From: Candidatus Fermentibacteraceae bacterium
GTDB taxonomy: Bacteria; Fermentibacterota; Fermentibacteria; Fermentibacterales; JCC-6
Assembly (NCBI GenBank): GCA_016936235.1
Contig: JAFGPK010000093.1
Span: 99-64,098 of the forward strand
Length of the DNA: 64,000 bases
Direction: 5' to 3'
Under the pieces are notes generated by a model. That model did no database searches, had not been told where the DNA came from, and worked only from the letters and a program-made list of their open reading frames with translations. Positions 46,754 through 56,544 of this stretch are shown piece by piece (the stretch's first letter is position 1; every line of letters begins with the position of its first letter). A program made the translations under genes and the position numbers.

Positions 46754-47503
46754 TCATGCCGCCGGGGCGAACATGACCGGCAGCGAAATGAGCAGTATTC
46801 CCAGAATATATACGGAGAACACGAGCCTGATCCCCCAGGACCTGTTCCTTTCCAGCATGGCCGAAAGTCCGGCGCCCCATATGGTGAGGCACGCAATTGA
46901 GGGAATGTCCACGCTCTCCAGGAACCTGAACATGAAGACGTGGATCCTGGTTGGATCCACTGTGTCCACCGGTACGAATATCGACAGGTTCAGCCGGGTG
47001 GCCGGGGAGAGCTCCATAACTGTCACCAGCAACGTCAGGACTGCGACGATGAGCATGTAGGCGGACTGGGACAGGATCGAGGATGTCAGATAATCGGTGA
47101 GCCTGCCCACTTTCCTGCCCTCCACGGCGTAGACGACGCCGAAGGCCGTAAGGGCTGCCAGCAGACCTATTACGCCACGTTCCACCAGTCTTGCCATGGG
47201 AAGGTTCCCGGCCATCTCCCTGATCTCGACGAGTTCCCCTGCCACGACACTGTCCGCGGCGGTCTGCGCCATGCCTTCCTCCATGAGCTCCGGGACTCTT
47301 TCGGAAATCCATTGCGCCTCGAATTCCTCCCAATCCACCAGAAGAGCGGGGATGTACCCCGCCACCGAGATGACCAGTACGGACGCGATGATGGCCAGTC
47401 CCGCAGCCCTTGTGTCCAGAAGGAGCCGATACGCCCTGACCGGGTTCCAGAACTGGGTAAAGACCGCAAGCAGGGATTTGACATCTCTGCCGCAGGCTTT
47501 CAT
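46754..47503 (-). CDS. Polytopic membrane protein (Yip1-like, tentative)
   Basis: The ATG at 47503 overlaps the glgA stop (ATGA). It has about 5 TM segments. The family assignment is tentative. Confidence 0.45.
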   Translation of the reverse strand: MKACGRDVKSLLAVFTQFWNPVRAYRLLLDTRAAGLAIIASVLVISVAGYIPALLVDWEEFEAQWISERVPELMEEGMAQTAADSVVAGELVEIREMAGNLPMARLVERGVIGLLAALTAFGVVYAVEGRKVGRLTDYLTSSILSQSAYMLIVAVLTLLVTVMELSPATRLNLSIFVPVDTVDPTRIHVFMFRFLESVDIPSIACLTIWGAGLSAMLERNRSWGIRLVFSVYILGILLISLPVMFAPAA

Positions 47504-48918
47504 CTGCCGCTTCTCTCCGCCATGGCTTCCCTGTAGACCTCCTCGTAGGCTCCGACCCTGCTGTCCCAAGAATTGTCGCGTTCCATGCACTTCTTCACCA
47601 GCCAGGCCCATCTGTTCCTTCTATTATACAAATCGACGGCCCGCCGGAAGGTTTTCAGCAGATGATCAGGGTCAGGCTTGCGAAAAACGAACCCGCAACC
47701 TCCCTGGTCTACATCATCCACGGTATCCGCCAGCCCCCCGGTCCTTCGGACCAGTGGGACTGCCCCGTACCTCATGCCTATCATCTGGGCGAGTCCGCAC
47801 GGCTCGAACCTGCTTGGCATGACAAGAACGTCGCTGCCGGCGAAGATCTTCCTGGCCATGGTATCGTCGTACCTGATAATGGCCGAGATCTTTCCGGGAT
47901 ACTTCTTCTGCAGTCCCGCCAGAGTCTTTTCGTAGGAACTCTCGCCGGTCCCGAGGACCACGAAGCCCATTCCCTCGCGGACCAGGACCTCCATCACCGG
48001 GAACAGGATGTCCAGCCCCTTCTGCCCGGTGAGCCTGGAGACGACCCCGGCGACGATACCGCCGCCAGCCTGGCCGGTGACTCTCAGCAGGTCTCTTCGG
48101 CACTCCTTCCGCCGGGAGATCGACCCGGCTGAATAGGAAGCCGCCAGAGCCGGGTCGGACGACGGATTCCAGTTGAGGCTGTCGATGCCGTTCACGATCC
48201 CTGAAAGCGCATTCGAACGCTGGACCAGCACACCATCCAGCCCCTCGCCGTACCCGGGGGTCTGTATCTCGCGGGCGTAGGTCCGGCTCACGGTGGTTAT
48301 CCTGTCCGCGCAGAGAATACCGCCCTTGAGAAAGCTGAACGTACCGTAGAATTCCAGCCCCTGCATCGTGAAGAGGGACCATGGAAGACAGGTGCAGCCG
48401 TAGTCATCCCGGGGGAAGTTGCCCTGGTAGTGGAGGTTGTGAATGGTGAGGACAACGGCGGGACGGATGCTGTTACGGAGATAGACGGGGACCAGTCCTG
48501 TCTGCCAGTCGTGGCAGTGGATCAGCTCCGGGGGCTCCGGCAGACTCTCGCACAGCGCGACTACGGCCCTGCAGAAGAAGGCGAACCTGGCCGCGTTGTC
48601 CGGGTAGGCGCTTCCCGGATCAGGCCCGTAGATCCCCTTCCGGTCGAAGTGCTCGTCCCTGCTCACCAGGTATACAGGGAAACCGCCCAGGGGATGTACC
48701 GAACGCGCCACACCGAATTGCTCACCCGCGAAGGTGGTGAAGCGGTGGCTCATCCACTCCGGATCGTCCGAGCCTCTTATGCATCCGTAGAAGGGCATGA
48801 CCAGGCTCACCTGGTGGCCCGACTGCGCCAGCGCGGCGGGCAGGGAACCCGCAACCCCGGCCAGACCTCCGGTACTTGCGTAGGGGTGGGCTTCCGAAGC
48901 GGCAAAGAGTATTCTCAT
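47500..48918 (-). CDS. glgA: Glycogen synthase (ADP-glucose type)
   Basis: The ATG at 48918 (GGAGGAG upstream) gives MRILFAASEAHPYASTGGLAGVAGSLP, a variant of the K/STGGL motif. It has the GT5 fold with a C-terminal ...PSRFEPCGLAQMIGMRYG. Confidence 0.9.
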   Translation of the reverse strand: MRILFAASEAHPYASTGGLAGVAGSLPAALAQSGHQVSLVMPFYGCIRGSDDPEWMSHRFTTFAGEQFGVARSVHPLGGFPVYLVSRDEHFDRKGIYGPDPGSAYPDNAARFAFFCRAVVALCESLPEPPELIHCHDWQTGLVPVYLRNSIRPAVVLTIHNLHYQGNFPRDDYGCTCLPWSLFTMQGLEFYGTFSFLKGGILCADRITTVSRTYAREIQTPGYGEGLDGVLVQRSNALSGIVNGIDSLNWNPSSDPALAASYSAGSISRRKECRRDLLRVTGQAGGGIVAGVVSRLTGQKGLDILFPVMEVLVREGMGFVVLGTGESSYEKTLAGLQKKYPGKISAIIRYDDTMARKIFAGSDVLVMPSRFEPCGLAQMIGMRYGAVPLVRRTGGLADTVDDVDQGGCGFVFRKPDPDHLLKTFRRAVDLYNRRNRWAWLVKKCMERDNSWDSRVGAYEEVYREAMAERSGR

Positions 48919-49526
48919 GTTCTCCTCCGCGCCTTCATCAGCTTCAGTATAACGAATGCACAGACGCAGAGCCCCAGCAGGACCCATATCCATATCTCGA
49001 ACTGGCGCATGAAGGCTTCAGCGGTAACAAGGTTGTGCCCGAACACCGACCCCGCAAGTGACAGTATCAGGTACCATGCCGCCGCACTGAAGGCGATGGG
49101 TAACACGGCGAGGGCGAATCTCATGCCGGAGGTTCCGGCTATCAGTACCAGCAGTGACCGGAGACCGGGAACGAACCTGCTGGCTGAAAGGATCACGGGG
49201 CCGTGCTCCGCCACCAGGTCCTTCGCCCTGTTGATCCTCTCCGGTTCGACCCTGCGCTTGAGCCAGCCGTCCACTATCATCCTGCCGGGCCGGTGGCCCA
49301 GGTAGAAGAGGATGCAGCTGGCCAGGAAGCATCCGGCAGCTCCATAGACGGCGGCAATGACCAGGGACAGTCCACCTGAGAGGGCCCATCCTGAAATAAC
49401 TATGAAAAGTATATCCCCGGGGATCGGAGGGAAAAGGGTTTCGATGAAGGCCAGAAGACCAAGGGCCGGTCCGGCCCATCCTCCGGGAGGATGAGTTGAA
49501 AGGTACTCCAGAACGCTCTCTATCAA
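48915..49526 (-). CDS. dedA: DedA-family membrane protein
   Basis: 203 aa with a TTG start and the DedA signature FIETLFPPIPGD...GSRFVPGLR-like (ASRFVPGLRS). Its stop overlaps the glgA ATG (ATGA). Confidence 0.8.
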   Translation of the reverse strand: MIESVLEYLSTHPPGGWAGPALGLLAFIETLFPPIPGDILFIVISGWALSGGLSLVIAAVYGAAGCFLASCILFYLGHRPGRMIVDGWLKRRVEPERINRAKDLVAEHGPVILSASRFVPGLRSLLVLIAGTSGMRFALAVLPIAFSAAAWYLILSLAGSVFGHNLVTAEAFMRQFEIWIWVLLGLCVCAFVILKLMKARRRT

Positions 49527-49535
49527 GGAGGGCCG

Positions 49536-50720
49536 TCACTCCCCTGCCCGTTGACGGGCAACCCTGCTGATGACGGCGACGACCATGCATCCAAGGCCCC
49601 TGCCTCTGCCTATGTCCCCCAGGGTGTTGGTTGTGGTGCCCTTGACCCAGATCCTTTCGGGCGGGATACCCAGGATACCGGCGATCCTTTCCATCATCAT
49701 TTCCCGCAGCTGGGATATTCGCGGGAAATCAGCCATGACCGTTATATCCAGCTGAGATACTTCCCACCCCCTGGACCTCACCATCGATGCGACCCGTTTG
49801 AGGATGACACCGCTGTCTGCATTCTCCCATTCACTATCCCCGGGAGGAAAATGGACCCCTATATCGCCAAGCCTGGAAGCCGACAGAAGGGCGTCGGCAA
49901 CGGCATGCAGCACCGCGTCACCGTCGGAGTGACCATCCAGCCCCGACCCGCCCTCGATCCTGCAGCCGCCAAGCATGAGGGGGATGCCTTCCCTGAAGGG
50001 ATGAAAATCCAGCCCTATGCCGGTCCTGCTCTCCGCGTCGATCCCGGACAGGGACCGGAGCAGATCCAGGTCTTCAGGGTCCGTCAGCTTGATGTTCATT
50101 GGATCACCCCTAACCGCCAGAACGGTCATTCCCGCGGATTCCATGGCGGCGCTCTCATCCGTGACCTCTCCGGAACTCCGGAGCACTCCGAGCAGCTGCT
50201 CCAGCCGGAACCCCTGGGGCGTCTGGCTTAGCACCAGATCCTTCCTTGGAACCGTGGAAAGGACGCTTGACGCATCCGATACTCTCTTGACAGTATCACG
50301 CACGGGAACCACGGGAACCGCCGCCCCGGCACTGAAAACCCCCCGCATCACCCTTTCTATGAGGGCGGGAGTGACCAGGGGCCTTGCAGCGTCATGTATC
50401 AGAACATGGCTTGAACGCCTCAGGGCATTCAGCCCGGCCAACACGGAATCCTGGCGCCTCGGTCCTCCCGGTGCGGTCCTGATCCCCCTCGGTGGTTTCC
50501 ACCAGGGCTTCCAGTCCTTTTCATCGGGGGGCGTGACCACGATCAGCTCCGATACGGAACCCAGGCTCAGGAAGGCGTCCACCGACCAGTCCACGACAAT
50601 CTTTCCAGCGAGGGCGACGAACTGCTTGGGAATTCTTGACCCGAACCTCGTGCCGGACCCGGCCGCCACGATCACCGCTCCCCAGTTATCATCCTTCATT
50701 TCCCGCCTGTGGGATGGCAT
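49536..50720 (-). CDS. ispDF: Bifunctional 2-C-methyl-D-erythritol 4-phosphate cytidylyltransferase / 2,4-cyclodiphosphate synthase
   Basis: 394 aa. The IspD motif is VAAGSGTRFG. The IspF motif is GLDGHSDGDAVLHAVADAL. An alternative ATG lies at 50699. Confidence 0.9.
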   Translation of the reverse strand: MPSHRREMKDDNWGAVIVAAGSGTRFGSRIPKQFVALAGKIVVDWSVDAFLSLGSVSELIVVTPPDEKDWKPWWKPPRGIRTAPGGPRRQDSVLAGLNALRRSSHVLIHDAARPLVTPALIERVMRGVFSAGAAVPVVPVRDTVKRVSDASSVLSTVPRKDLVLSQTPQGFRLEQLLGVLRSSGEVTDESAAMESAGMTVLAVRGDPMNIKLTDPEDLDLLRSLSGIDAESRTGIGLDFHPFREGIPLMLGGCRIEGGSGLDGHSDGDAVLHAVADALLSASRLGDIGVHFPPGDSEWENADSGVILKRVASMVRSRGWEVSQLDITVMADFPRISQLREMMMERIAGILGIPPERIWVKGTTTNTLGDIGRGRGLGCMVVAVISRVARQRAGE

Positions 50721-50726
50721 TCCCCG

Positions 50727-51731
50727 TCAGCTGCCGTTCCCGTTCCCTTCCTTGCGGAGCCTGGCGAACACCATTGTCCCGCCTGACGACCTGAACGTGG
50801 TATGGGCTTCCACATCGACAGTGCTGCCGATCATCTCCTCGGACTCCTCCACCACTATCATGGTCCCGTCCTCGGTGAAACCCACGGCCTGCTTGGCATT
50901 CCTGCCCTTCCTCAGCAGGCGCAGGGAGACTATCTCGCCCGGGAGTATCACAGGCCTTGCCGCGGGGCCCACCTCGTCGAGATTGATGACATGGTTGCCC
51001 TCCTTGATGGCGATATCCAGCAGATCATCATCGCTGCTGATGAGAGATGCGCGTTCCTTGCGAAGAAACTCCAGCATGCGGAAACGCTCACGGTCCGGCT
51101 TGCCGAAATCACGGAGCTGGATCCCGCCGGAATTGCCGGCGGCCTCCTCCAGCCTCTCCAGTGTCTCCATGCCCCTCCTGCCCCTGCCTCTCTCTATGAT
51201 GTCCTCGGAATCGATCATGTCCTCCAGGCGGGTCTTCAGGGACTGGGAGAGTATGAAAGGGCCCCTTATCAGCCCTGCTATGACCATGTCGGCCACTCTG
51301 CCGTCGACCATGGCTGAGATGTCCACCAGCAGAGGGGTCGCCGATGCGGTCTCGTTCTTCTCGGCGCCGTCCATCAGACCCAGTTTCTTCCCCTTGGTGA
51401 AGGCCACATGAGCGAATACATAGGAAAGCGCGAAAGGCACCATCACCAGCGGGGTGACCCCCGAACCGGATGCGGGCAGGTTGGCCAGCTTCAGGGCCAG
51501 CAGGATAAGCACCCCTGCCACGAGACCCACCACAGCGCCCACCGTGGCATATATGAGCTCGTCAGCGGGGATCTTGACAAATGCCATCTGCAGAATGACG
51601 GCCATCACTCCGATGCCGAGACCCGTGAGACCGTACCATGGGGAGGGGGAAAAACCTTCGAATGCGAATGTCCCCAGCAGGCCGAGAACAAGAATGAAAA
51701 GTACGCGTACTTCCCAGCCCGAAATTTTCAT
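50727..51731 (-). CDS. Membrane-anchored PIN plus TRAM domain protein (YacL-like)
   Basis: 334 aa with four N-terminal TM segments, a PIN-like core (LLVDISAMVDGRVADMV) and a C-terminal TRAM-like beta domain. Its ATG overlaps the radA stop (ATGA). Position between radA and ispDF (radA-yacL-ispD-ispF order as in Bacillus). Confidence 0.75.
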   Translation of the reverse strand: MKISGWEVRVLFILVLGLLGTFAFEGFSPSPWYGLTGLGIGVMAVILQMAFVKIPADELIYATVGAVVGLVAGVLILLALKLANLPASGSGVTPLVMVPFALSYVFAHVAFTKGKKLGLMDGAEKNETASATPLLVDISAMVDGRVADMVIAGLIRGPFILSQSLKTRLEDMIDSEDIIERGRGRRGMETLERLEEAAGNSGGIQLRDFGKPDRERFRMLEFLRKERASLISSDDDLLDIAIKEGNHVINLDEVGPAARPVILPGEIVSLRLLRKGRNAKQAVGFTEDGTMIVVEESEEMIGSTVDVEAHTTFRSSGGTMVFARLRKEGNGNGS

Positions 51732-53110
51732 AACCAGCTTCCTCCTTTTTCTTTCTTTTCGGAGAGAAGGTTCTCGATCGAATCGTACAAATTTACAAAA
51801 CCTTCAGCTCCGTCACCGGACCTGTCAGCGTCATCGGCTGCTCCGGCAAGTACTGAAAATCCCAGGCTCAGAGATTCCCGAAGCCTGAGGTCGAAATGTG
51901 TCACCGGTCTGAGTTCGCCGCCCAGGCCTATCTCACTGCTCACGGCGACGCCTTCCCTGACCGGTTTCTCGAATCTGCTTGAAGCCACGGCCAGACATAC
52001 TCCCAGATCTGCTCCGGGATCCGTCAGGCTGGCTCCTCCAGCAACGTTTACATATACATCCTGGTTGCCCAGGTCCATGCCGCACCTTTTCTCAAGGACC
52101 GCCAGCAGCATAGGGAGCCGTCGGGAGTCCATTCCGTTCACGCTTCTCTGAGGGTATCCGTACCTGGTGGTGCTGGTCAGGGCCTGCACCTCCACCAGGA
52201 ATGGCCTGGTACCCTCCATGACCGCGGTTATGACCGTTCCGCTCCGACCCGCGTTCTCCCTTCTGAGAAAATAGGCGGAGACCTCGCTTACGCTCTTGAG
52301 GCCCTCGGACGTCATCTCGAAAACCCCCAGCTCATTCGTGGAACCGAAACGGTTCTTTGCCGCCCTCAGGAGCCTGTAGACCCTGTCACCCTCACCCTCG
52401 AAGTATATGACGGAGTCAACCAGATGTTCCAGCACCTTGGGACCGGCCAGGGAGCCGGCCTTGGTCACATGCCCTACTATGAAAGCCGTGATCCCCCTGC
52501 CCTTGCACATCCTTATCAGCTCGGAAGTGCAATGCCTCACCTGCGATACGGAGCCTGGTGAAGAGGAAAGGTCGGGAGAGAAAAGGGTCTGTATGGAATC
52601 CACCACCAGGGTCGAGCAGCCGGTCCTCTCCAGACCGGACAGGACAGTGTCCAGATCCGTTGCGGCAAGCACGTTCACGGCTTCCCTCACGGAGTTCGTC
52701 CTTCTGGCCCTTCCGGCCACCTGCTCCGGCGATTCCTCGCCGGTGGCGTACAGTATGCTCTCACCCAGGTCCGCCAGCCTGGCCGACAGCTGCAGCATCA
52801 GGGTGCTCTTTCCGATTCCCGGCTCACCACCGATGAGGTTCACCGATCCCTTGAGCACTCCTCCGCCCATGACCCTGTCCAGTTCCTGTATCCCTGAGCT
52901 GATCCTCTCCCCCGTCAGCTGCGGGATCCTGTCCAGAGGCACAGGGGACGGTATCTCAAGGGGAGAATCCTTGCGCAGACCACCCGGGGGTTTTGAGACC
53001 ACTTCCTCCACCATGGTGTTCCATGCTCCGCAGTGGGGGCACTTCCCGGACCATCCGGCGGCGTCGCCGCCGCACTCGCTGCAGAAGAAAACGGTCCTCT
53101 TCCTTGCCAA
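51728..53110 (-). CDS. radA: DNA repair protein RadA/Sms
   Basis: 460 aa with a TTG start. It has a zinc ribbon (CSECGG...CPHCGAWN), Walker A GGEPGIGKST, the KNRFG motif, and a Lon-like C-terminal domain. Confidence 0.93.
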   Translation of the reverse strand: MARKRTVFFCSECGGDAAGWSGKCPHCGAWNTMVEEVVSKPPGGLRKDSPLEIPSPVPLDRIPQLTGERISSGIQELDRVMGGGVLKGSVNLIGGEPGIGKSTLMLQLSARLADLGESILYATGEESPEQVAGRARRTNSVREAVNVLAATDLDTVLSGLERTGCSTLVVDSIQTLFSPDLSSSPGSVSQVRHCTSELIRMCKGRGITAFIVGHVTKAGSLAGPKVLEHLVDSVIYFEGEGDRVYRLLRAAKNRFGSTNELGVFEMTSEGLKSVSEVSAYFLRRENAGRSGTVITAVMEGTRPFLVEVQALTSTTRYGYPQRSVNGMDSRRLPMLLAVLEKRCGMDLGNQDVYVNVAGGASLTDPGADLGVCLAVASSRFEKPVREGVAVSSEIGLGGELRPVTHFDLRLRESLSLGFSVLAGAADDADRSGDGAEGFVNLYDSIENLLSEKKEKGGSWL

Positions 53111-53118
53111 ACTATACC

Positions 53119-54480
53119 CTACAGCTCATCTTCGTCGGGCTCATCCGGGAGAAACCTGGTGATGTCGGCCCTGAACTTCAGCCTGATGGTGCCCAGAGGA
53201 CCGTTCCTCTGTTTGCCGATCTTCAGTATGGTGTCGCGGTTCCAGTAATCTATCCCACCACCCATTTCATCTTCGCTCTCATCGTGGAACTGGGGCTGGT
53301 GGAGGAACATGACCAGATCGGCATCCTGTTCTATGGCCCCGCTCTCCCTGAGATCGCTGAGCTGAGGGGGGCCGCTTCGCCTCGTGGCCATCCTGCTCAG
53401 CTGGGAGAGGGCCATCACAGGCAGACCCATCTCCTTTGCCAGAGCCTTCAGGTCGCCCGAGATCCTGGCTATTTCCTGCTGCCTGTTCTCCGCCTTGCCT
53501 TCCCCCCGCATAAGCTGAAGGTAATCCACGAAAACCATGCAGAGGTCCTCCCTGCGCTTGAGGCTCCGCACCTTGGCCCTGACCTCCATTGAGCCGATAC
53601 CGGCCTTGTCGTCGATGAAGATCTTCATCCTCTGAAGCCGGTCCGCGGCTTCCTGCAGGTCGTACATGTACTTCTGCGCCAGGGTGCCCTCGATTATCGG
53701 TTTCGTCCCGATGTGGGCGTCAGCGCACAGCATTCTGGTGGTTAGCTTCTCGTCTGACATCTCAAGGCTGAAGATCGCCACCGCCCTGTCGGTCTCCCTC
53801 GCTATGTGGGCGGCCATGTTGAGGGCCATACTGGTCTTGCCCACTCCCGGCCTTGCCGCCAGGATGATAAGCTCGCCGGGATGGAAGCCCGTGGTCATCT
53901 TGTCCAGGGCGGTAAATCCGGTCGGGAGACCGGTGACGTACCCCTTCGTGTTCCTCAGGTTCTCCAGCTCCTCGATCGCCCTGGACACGAGCTGTGAAAT
54001 AGGCCTGAATTCCCCGGAGGACCGTGATTCGGTGATGGCCATTACTCTGCTGGCCGCCGAGTCCAGGATGACCTGCACCTCGTCCGTGCCTTCCAGGACC
54101 TCGTTGATGCTTTCCCTGCTCGCAGTCAGGAGCTGCCTGAGCATGGATTTGTCCCTGATTATGCGAACGTACTCCAGCACGTTGGAAAGAAGTGGTATGT
54201 CGTCGGTGAGTGAGGCCAGGTAGTCCACGCCTCCGGCCTCGTCAAGCTGCTTCTTCCGTGACAGCTCCTCGGCTACAGTAACCATGTCTATCACGCTGTT
54301 CCTGGAATCAAGCTCCCGGCAGGCCTGGAATATCATCCGGTGCTTCCTGTCGAAGAAATCCACAGTGTTGAGCGCGTCGAGGGATTCCACCGCAAGCTCC
54401 TGGTCCAGCAGCATGGCACCGAGAACGCTCTTCTCGGCGTCAAGGCTGTGGGGCGGCCTGTGACCCGTCTCTTCGGCCAT
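53119..54480 (-). CDS. dnaB: Replicative DNA helicase DnaB
   Basis: The ATG at 54480 overlaps the UDG stop by 1 nt (TGATG) and gives MAEETGHRPPHSLDAEKSVLGAMLLD. Walker A is ARPGVGKTS. The tracked 91-codon N-terminal extension is Arg/Gly-rich shadow sequence. Confidence 0.93.
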   Translation of the reverse strand: MAEETGHRPPHSLDAEKSVLGAMLLDQELAVESLDALNTVDFFDRKHRMIFQACRELDSRNSVIDMVTVAEELSRKKQLDEAGGVDYLASLTDDIPLLSNVLEYVRIIRDKSMLRQLLTASRESINEVLEGTDEVQVILDSAASRVMAITESRSSGEFRPISQLVSRAIEELENLRNTKGYVTGLPTGFTALDKMTTGFHPGELIILAARPGVGKTSMALNMAAHIARETDRAVAIFSLEMSDEKLTTRMLCADAHIGTKPIIEGTLAQKYMYDLQEAADRLQRMKIFIDDKAGIGSMEVRAKVRSLKRREDLCMVFVDYLQLMRGEGKAENRQQEIARISGDLKALAKEMGLPVMALSQLSRMATRRSGPPQLSDLRESGAIEQDADLVMFLHQPQFHDESEDEMGGGIDYWNRDTILKIGKQRNGPLGTIRLKFRADITRFLPDEPDEDEL

Positions 54481-55250
54481 CAGACCCCGCGCCCTTCCCT
54501 TGGAAGGCCGAGCTCGTCGAGAAGGACCCTCAGCATCTTCATGTCCTCCCACACCGGTCGCTTCAGTGCCTGGGTCCTGAGGAGGGCGGCGGGATGGTAA
54601 GTGGGAAGAACGGCAATATCCCCGTACCTGTGGATGGAGCCCCTGAGCTTGCTTATGCCCTCGGCGCTTCCGGTCATGGTCCTGCTGGCCGGTGCTCCAA
54701 GTGCAACTATTACGCCTGGTTCCATTATTCTTATCTGCTCCTCCAGAATCCACCAGCAGGCGGCAGCCTCATCCCCCGAAGGGGTTCTGTTGCCCGGGGG
54801 CCTGCACTTCACGATGTTGGTTATGTATATCTTTTCACGGTCGAGGTCTATGGAGGCGAGTATCCTGTCCAGCAGCTGACCCGCCTTTCCGACGAAGGGT
54901 TTCCCCTGAAGGTCTTCATTGGCTCCCGGACCCTCGCCGATGAACAGGATCCCGGCCGAAGGATCGCCGTCACCGAAAACTATGCTGTTCCTCTCCTCGC
55001 AAAGCCTGCAGCCGCGGCAGTCGCCGACCCTCTCCACGAGGGATGCGAGCCTTGATGCCACATCGCGTTCGCCTTTGGACGGCTCCCTGCCGACGGACCC
55101 GGCGCCTTCGTCTCCGGGAGTCCCGTCACCATTGAGTTCCCGTATCCACTCGGGGAGCACGAACAGTTCATCGATACCGAAGCTGGCCACTGAACGCCAG
55201 AAGGGGTCCGACCTGCCGCCCGGTCCGCAGCTCTTCCTTCCTTCACCCAT
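54480..55250 (-). CDS. udg: Uracil-DNA glycosylase, family 4
   Basis: 256 aa with motif A GEGPGANED, FVGKAG, and motif B HPAALLR. It has N-terminal Cys residues (CRGCRLC). Its start overlaps the gmk-coaB stop by 8 nt. Confidence 0.85.
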   Translation of the reverse strand: MGEGRKSCGPGGRSDPFWRSVASFGIDELFVLPEWIRELNGDGTPGDEGAGSVGREPSKGERDVASRLASLVERVGDCRGCRLCEERNSIVFGDGDPSAGILFIGEGPGANEDLQGKPFVGKAGQLLDRILASIDLDREKIYITNIVKCRPPGNRTPSGDEAAACWWILEEQIRIMEPGVIVALGAPASRTMTGSAEGISKLRGSIHRYGDIAVLPTYHPAALLRTQALKRPVWEDMKMLRVLLDELGLPREGRGV

Positions 55251-56544
55251 CTCTTCCCGGGTCCCCCTTCAGGTACCTTCCCATGGCCGCCGCCAGCAAC
55301 TGGGCAATATACCTCTTTGAGGCCTGTGCGACCTCGATGGAACGTCCATCACTGAAGATGAGCTCCCCCCGGTTCGAATCGCTCTCCATTCCGGAGCCAG
55401 GGGCATCCCCCGGATTGAGGAAGATGGCAGAGGCTCCCTTCTTATCAAGCTTGGCCAGCGCCCTGTCCCTGCCGCCCGGGCCGAATTCCAGCGCGAAGGC
55501 CAGCACCGGGCACATGTCCTGCACCTTTCCGGCCAGCGTTCCCAGAATGTCCGGGGTCGGTTCCATCTCAAGGTCAAGGGTTCCGGAACGTTCGATTTTC
55601 CCTTCCACGAACGCGGCAGGTCTGAAATCAGCGACCGCGGCGGCCATCACCAGCAGATCGGCGCCGGGCAGCCTCTTCAGCAGGACTTCCATCATCTCCT
55701 TCGCGGTCTCCACCCTCACTGTCTCAACACCTGCGGGGCAGGGACCGCACACGGGTCCGGTTACGTACAGGACCCTGGCTCCCGAATCACGGAATGCCTG
55801 CGCCAGACTCTTCCCCATGAGGCCGCTGGACCTGTTTGATACGAACCTGACACGGTCGATGGGCTCCCTTGTCGGACCGGATGCGACCACCACCGCTTTC
55901 CCCCTCCAGTGATCCAGACCCCTGAAGTCCTCCTGCGCCAGCTTCAGAGCCTCCGCTGGAAAGGTCATGTTGTCCAGCCTGAGCCCCTCACCCCTGAAGA
56001 TGGATTCCACCTGGATCCTGGACCTGTCAAGGTCATCGTTCCGTATGAAGTAATCGAAGGAGCCTATCCAGCCGGTCTCCCGGACGGCTGCGGCCATTCT
56101 CCTCTCCACGACCAGGGCGTCGTCGGTGTTCCTGGAGCTGAGCCTCCTTCTGAGCACTCCGGGGTCGGGCGGAAGGATGAAGATCAGGACCGAGGATGGA
56201 AAGGACCTCTTCACCTGGAGGGCGCCCTGTACGTCTATGTCCAGGACGACGCTTCTTCCCTCTGCCATTTCGTCCATCACCCATTGACGGCTGGTGCCGT
56301 AGAGGTGTCCGTGAACCTCCGCGTGCTCCAGAAAGAAACCGTCTTCGATCCTGTCCAGGAATTCCCGCCTGTCCAGGAATAGGTAATCCGCACCGTCCCT
56401 TTCGGTACCCCTGGGAGACCGTGTGGTGGCGGACACCGAGAAGACCGCGTCGGCGAAAGTATCCACCAGATGGTGGGCCAGGGTCGTCTTTCCGGCGCCG
56501 GAGGGACCGGCAAGGACGAAGAGCAGTCCAGGCGATCTACTCAA
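55243..56544 (-). CDS. gmk/coaB: Fusion protein: guanylate kinase (N-terminal) plus phosphopantothenate--cysteine ligase CoaB domain (C-terminal)
   Basis: 433 aa with a TTG start. The Gmk part has GPSGAGKTT, ATTRSPRGTERDG.DY.F. The CoaB part has KAVVVASGPTREPIDRVRFVSNRSSGLMG...AAAVADFRP. No flavoprotein CoaC domain is present. Confidence 0.85.
   Translation of the reverse strand: MSRSPGLLFVLAGPSGAGKTTLAHHLVDTFADAVFSVSATTRSPRGTERDGADYLFLDRREFLDRIEDGFFLEHAEVHGHLYGTSRQWVMDEMAEGRSVVLDIDVQGALQVKRSFPSSVLIFILPPDPGVLRRRLSSRNTDDALVVERRMAAAVRETGWIGSFDYFIRNDDLDRSRIQVESIFRGEGLRLDNMTFPAEALKLAQEDFRGLDHWRGKAVVVASGPTREPIDRVRFVSNRSSGLMGKSLAQAFRDSGARVLYVTGPVCGPCPAGVETVRVETAKEMMEVLLKRLPGADLLVMAAAVADFRPAAFVEGKIERSGTLDLEMEPTPDILGTLAGKVQDMCPVLAFALEFGPGGRDRALAKLDKKGASAIFLNPGDAPGSGMESDSNRGELIFSDGRSIEVAQASKRYIAQLLAAAMGRYLKGDPGRDG

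Noticed and set aside
50017-51411. 464-aa plus-strand ORF
   Set aside because: It is antisense to ispDF and the PIN/TRAM gene, is Ser/Pro/Arg-rich and low in complexity. The opposite strand carries clear IspD/IspF motifs.
54481-54753. 91-codon N-terminal extension of the dnaB ORF. Similar 5' extensions occur on the ndk, glgA, tolC, S8 peptidase, HIT, Gfo and MBL ORFs.
   Set aside because: The extensions are basic, low-complexity sequence that overlaps the upstream gene. Internal ATGs with SD sequences give canonical N-termini or signal peptides.
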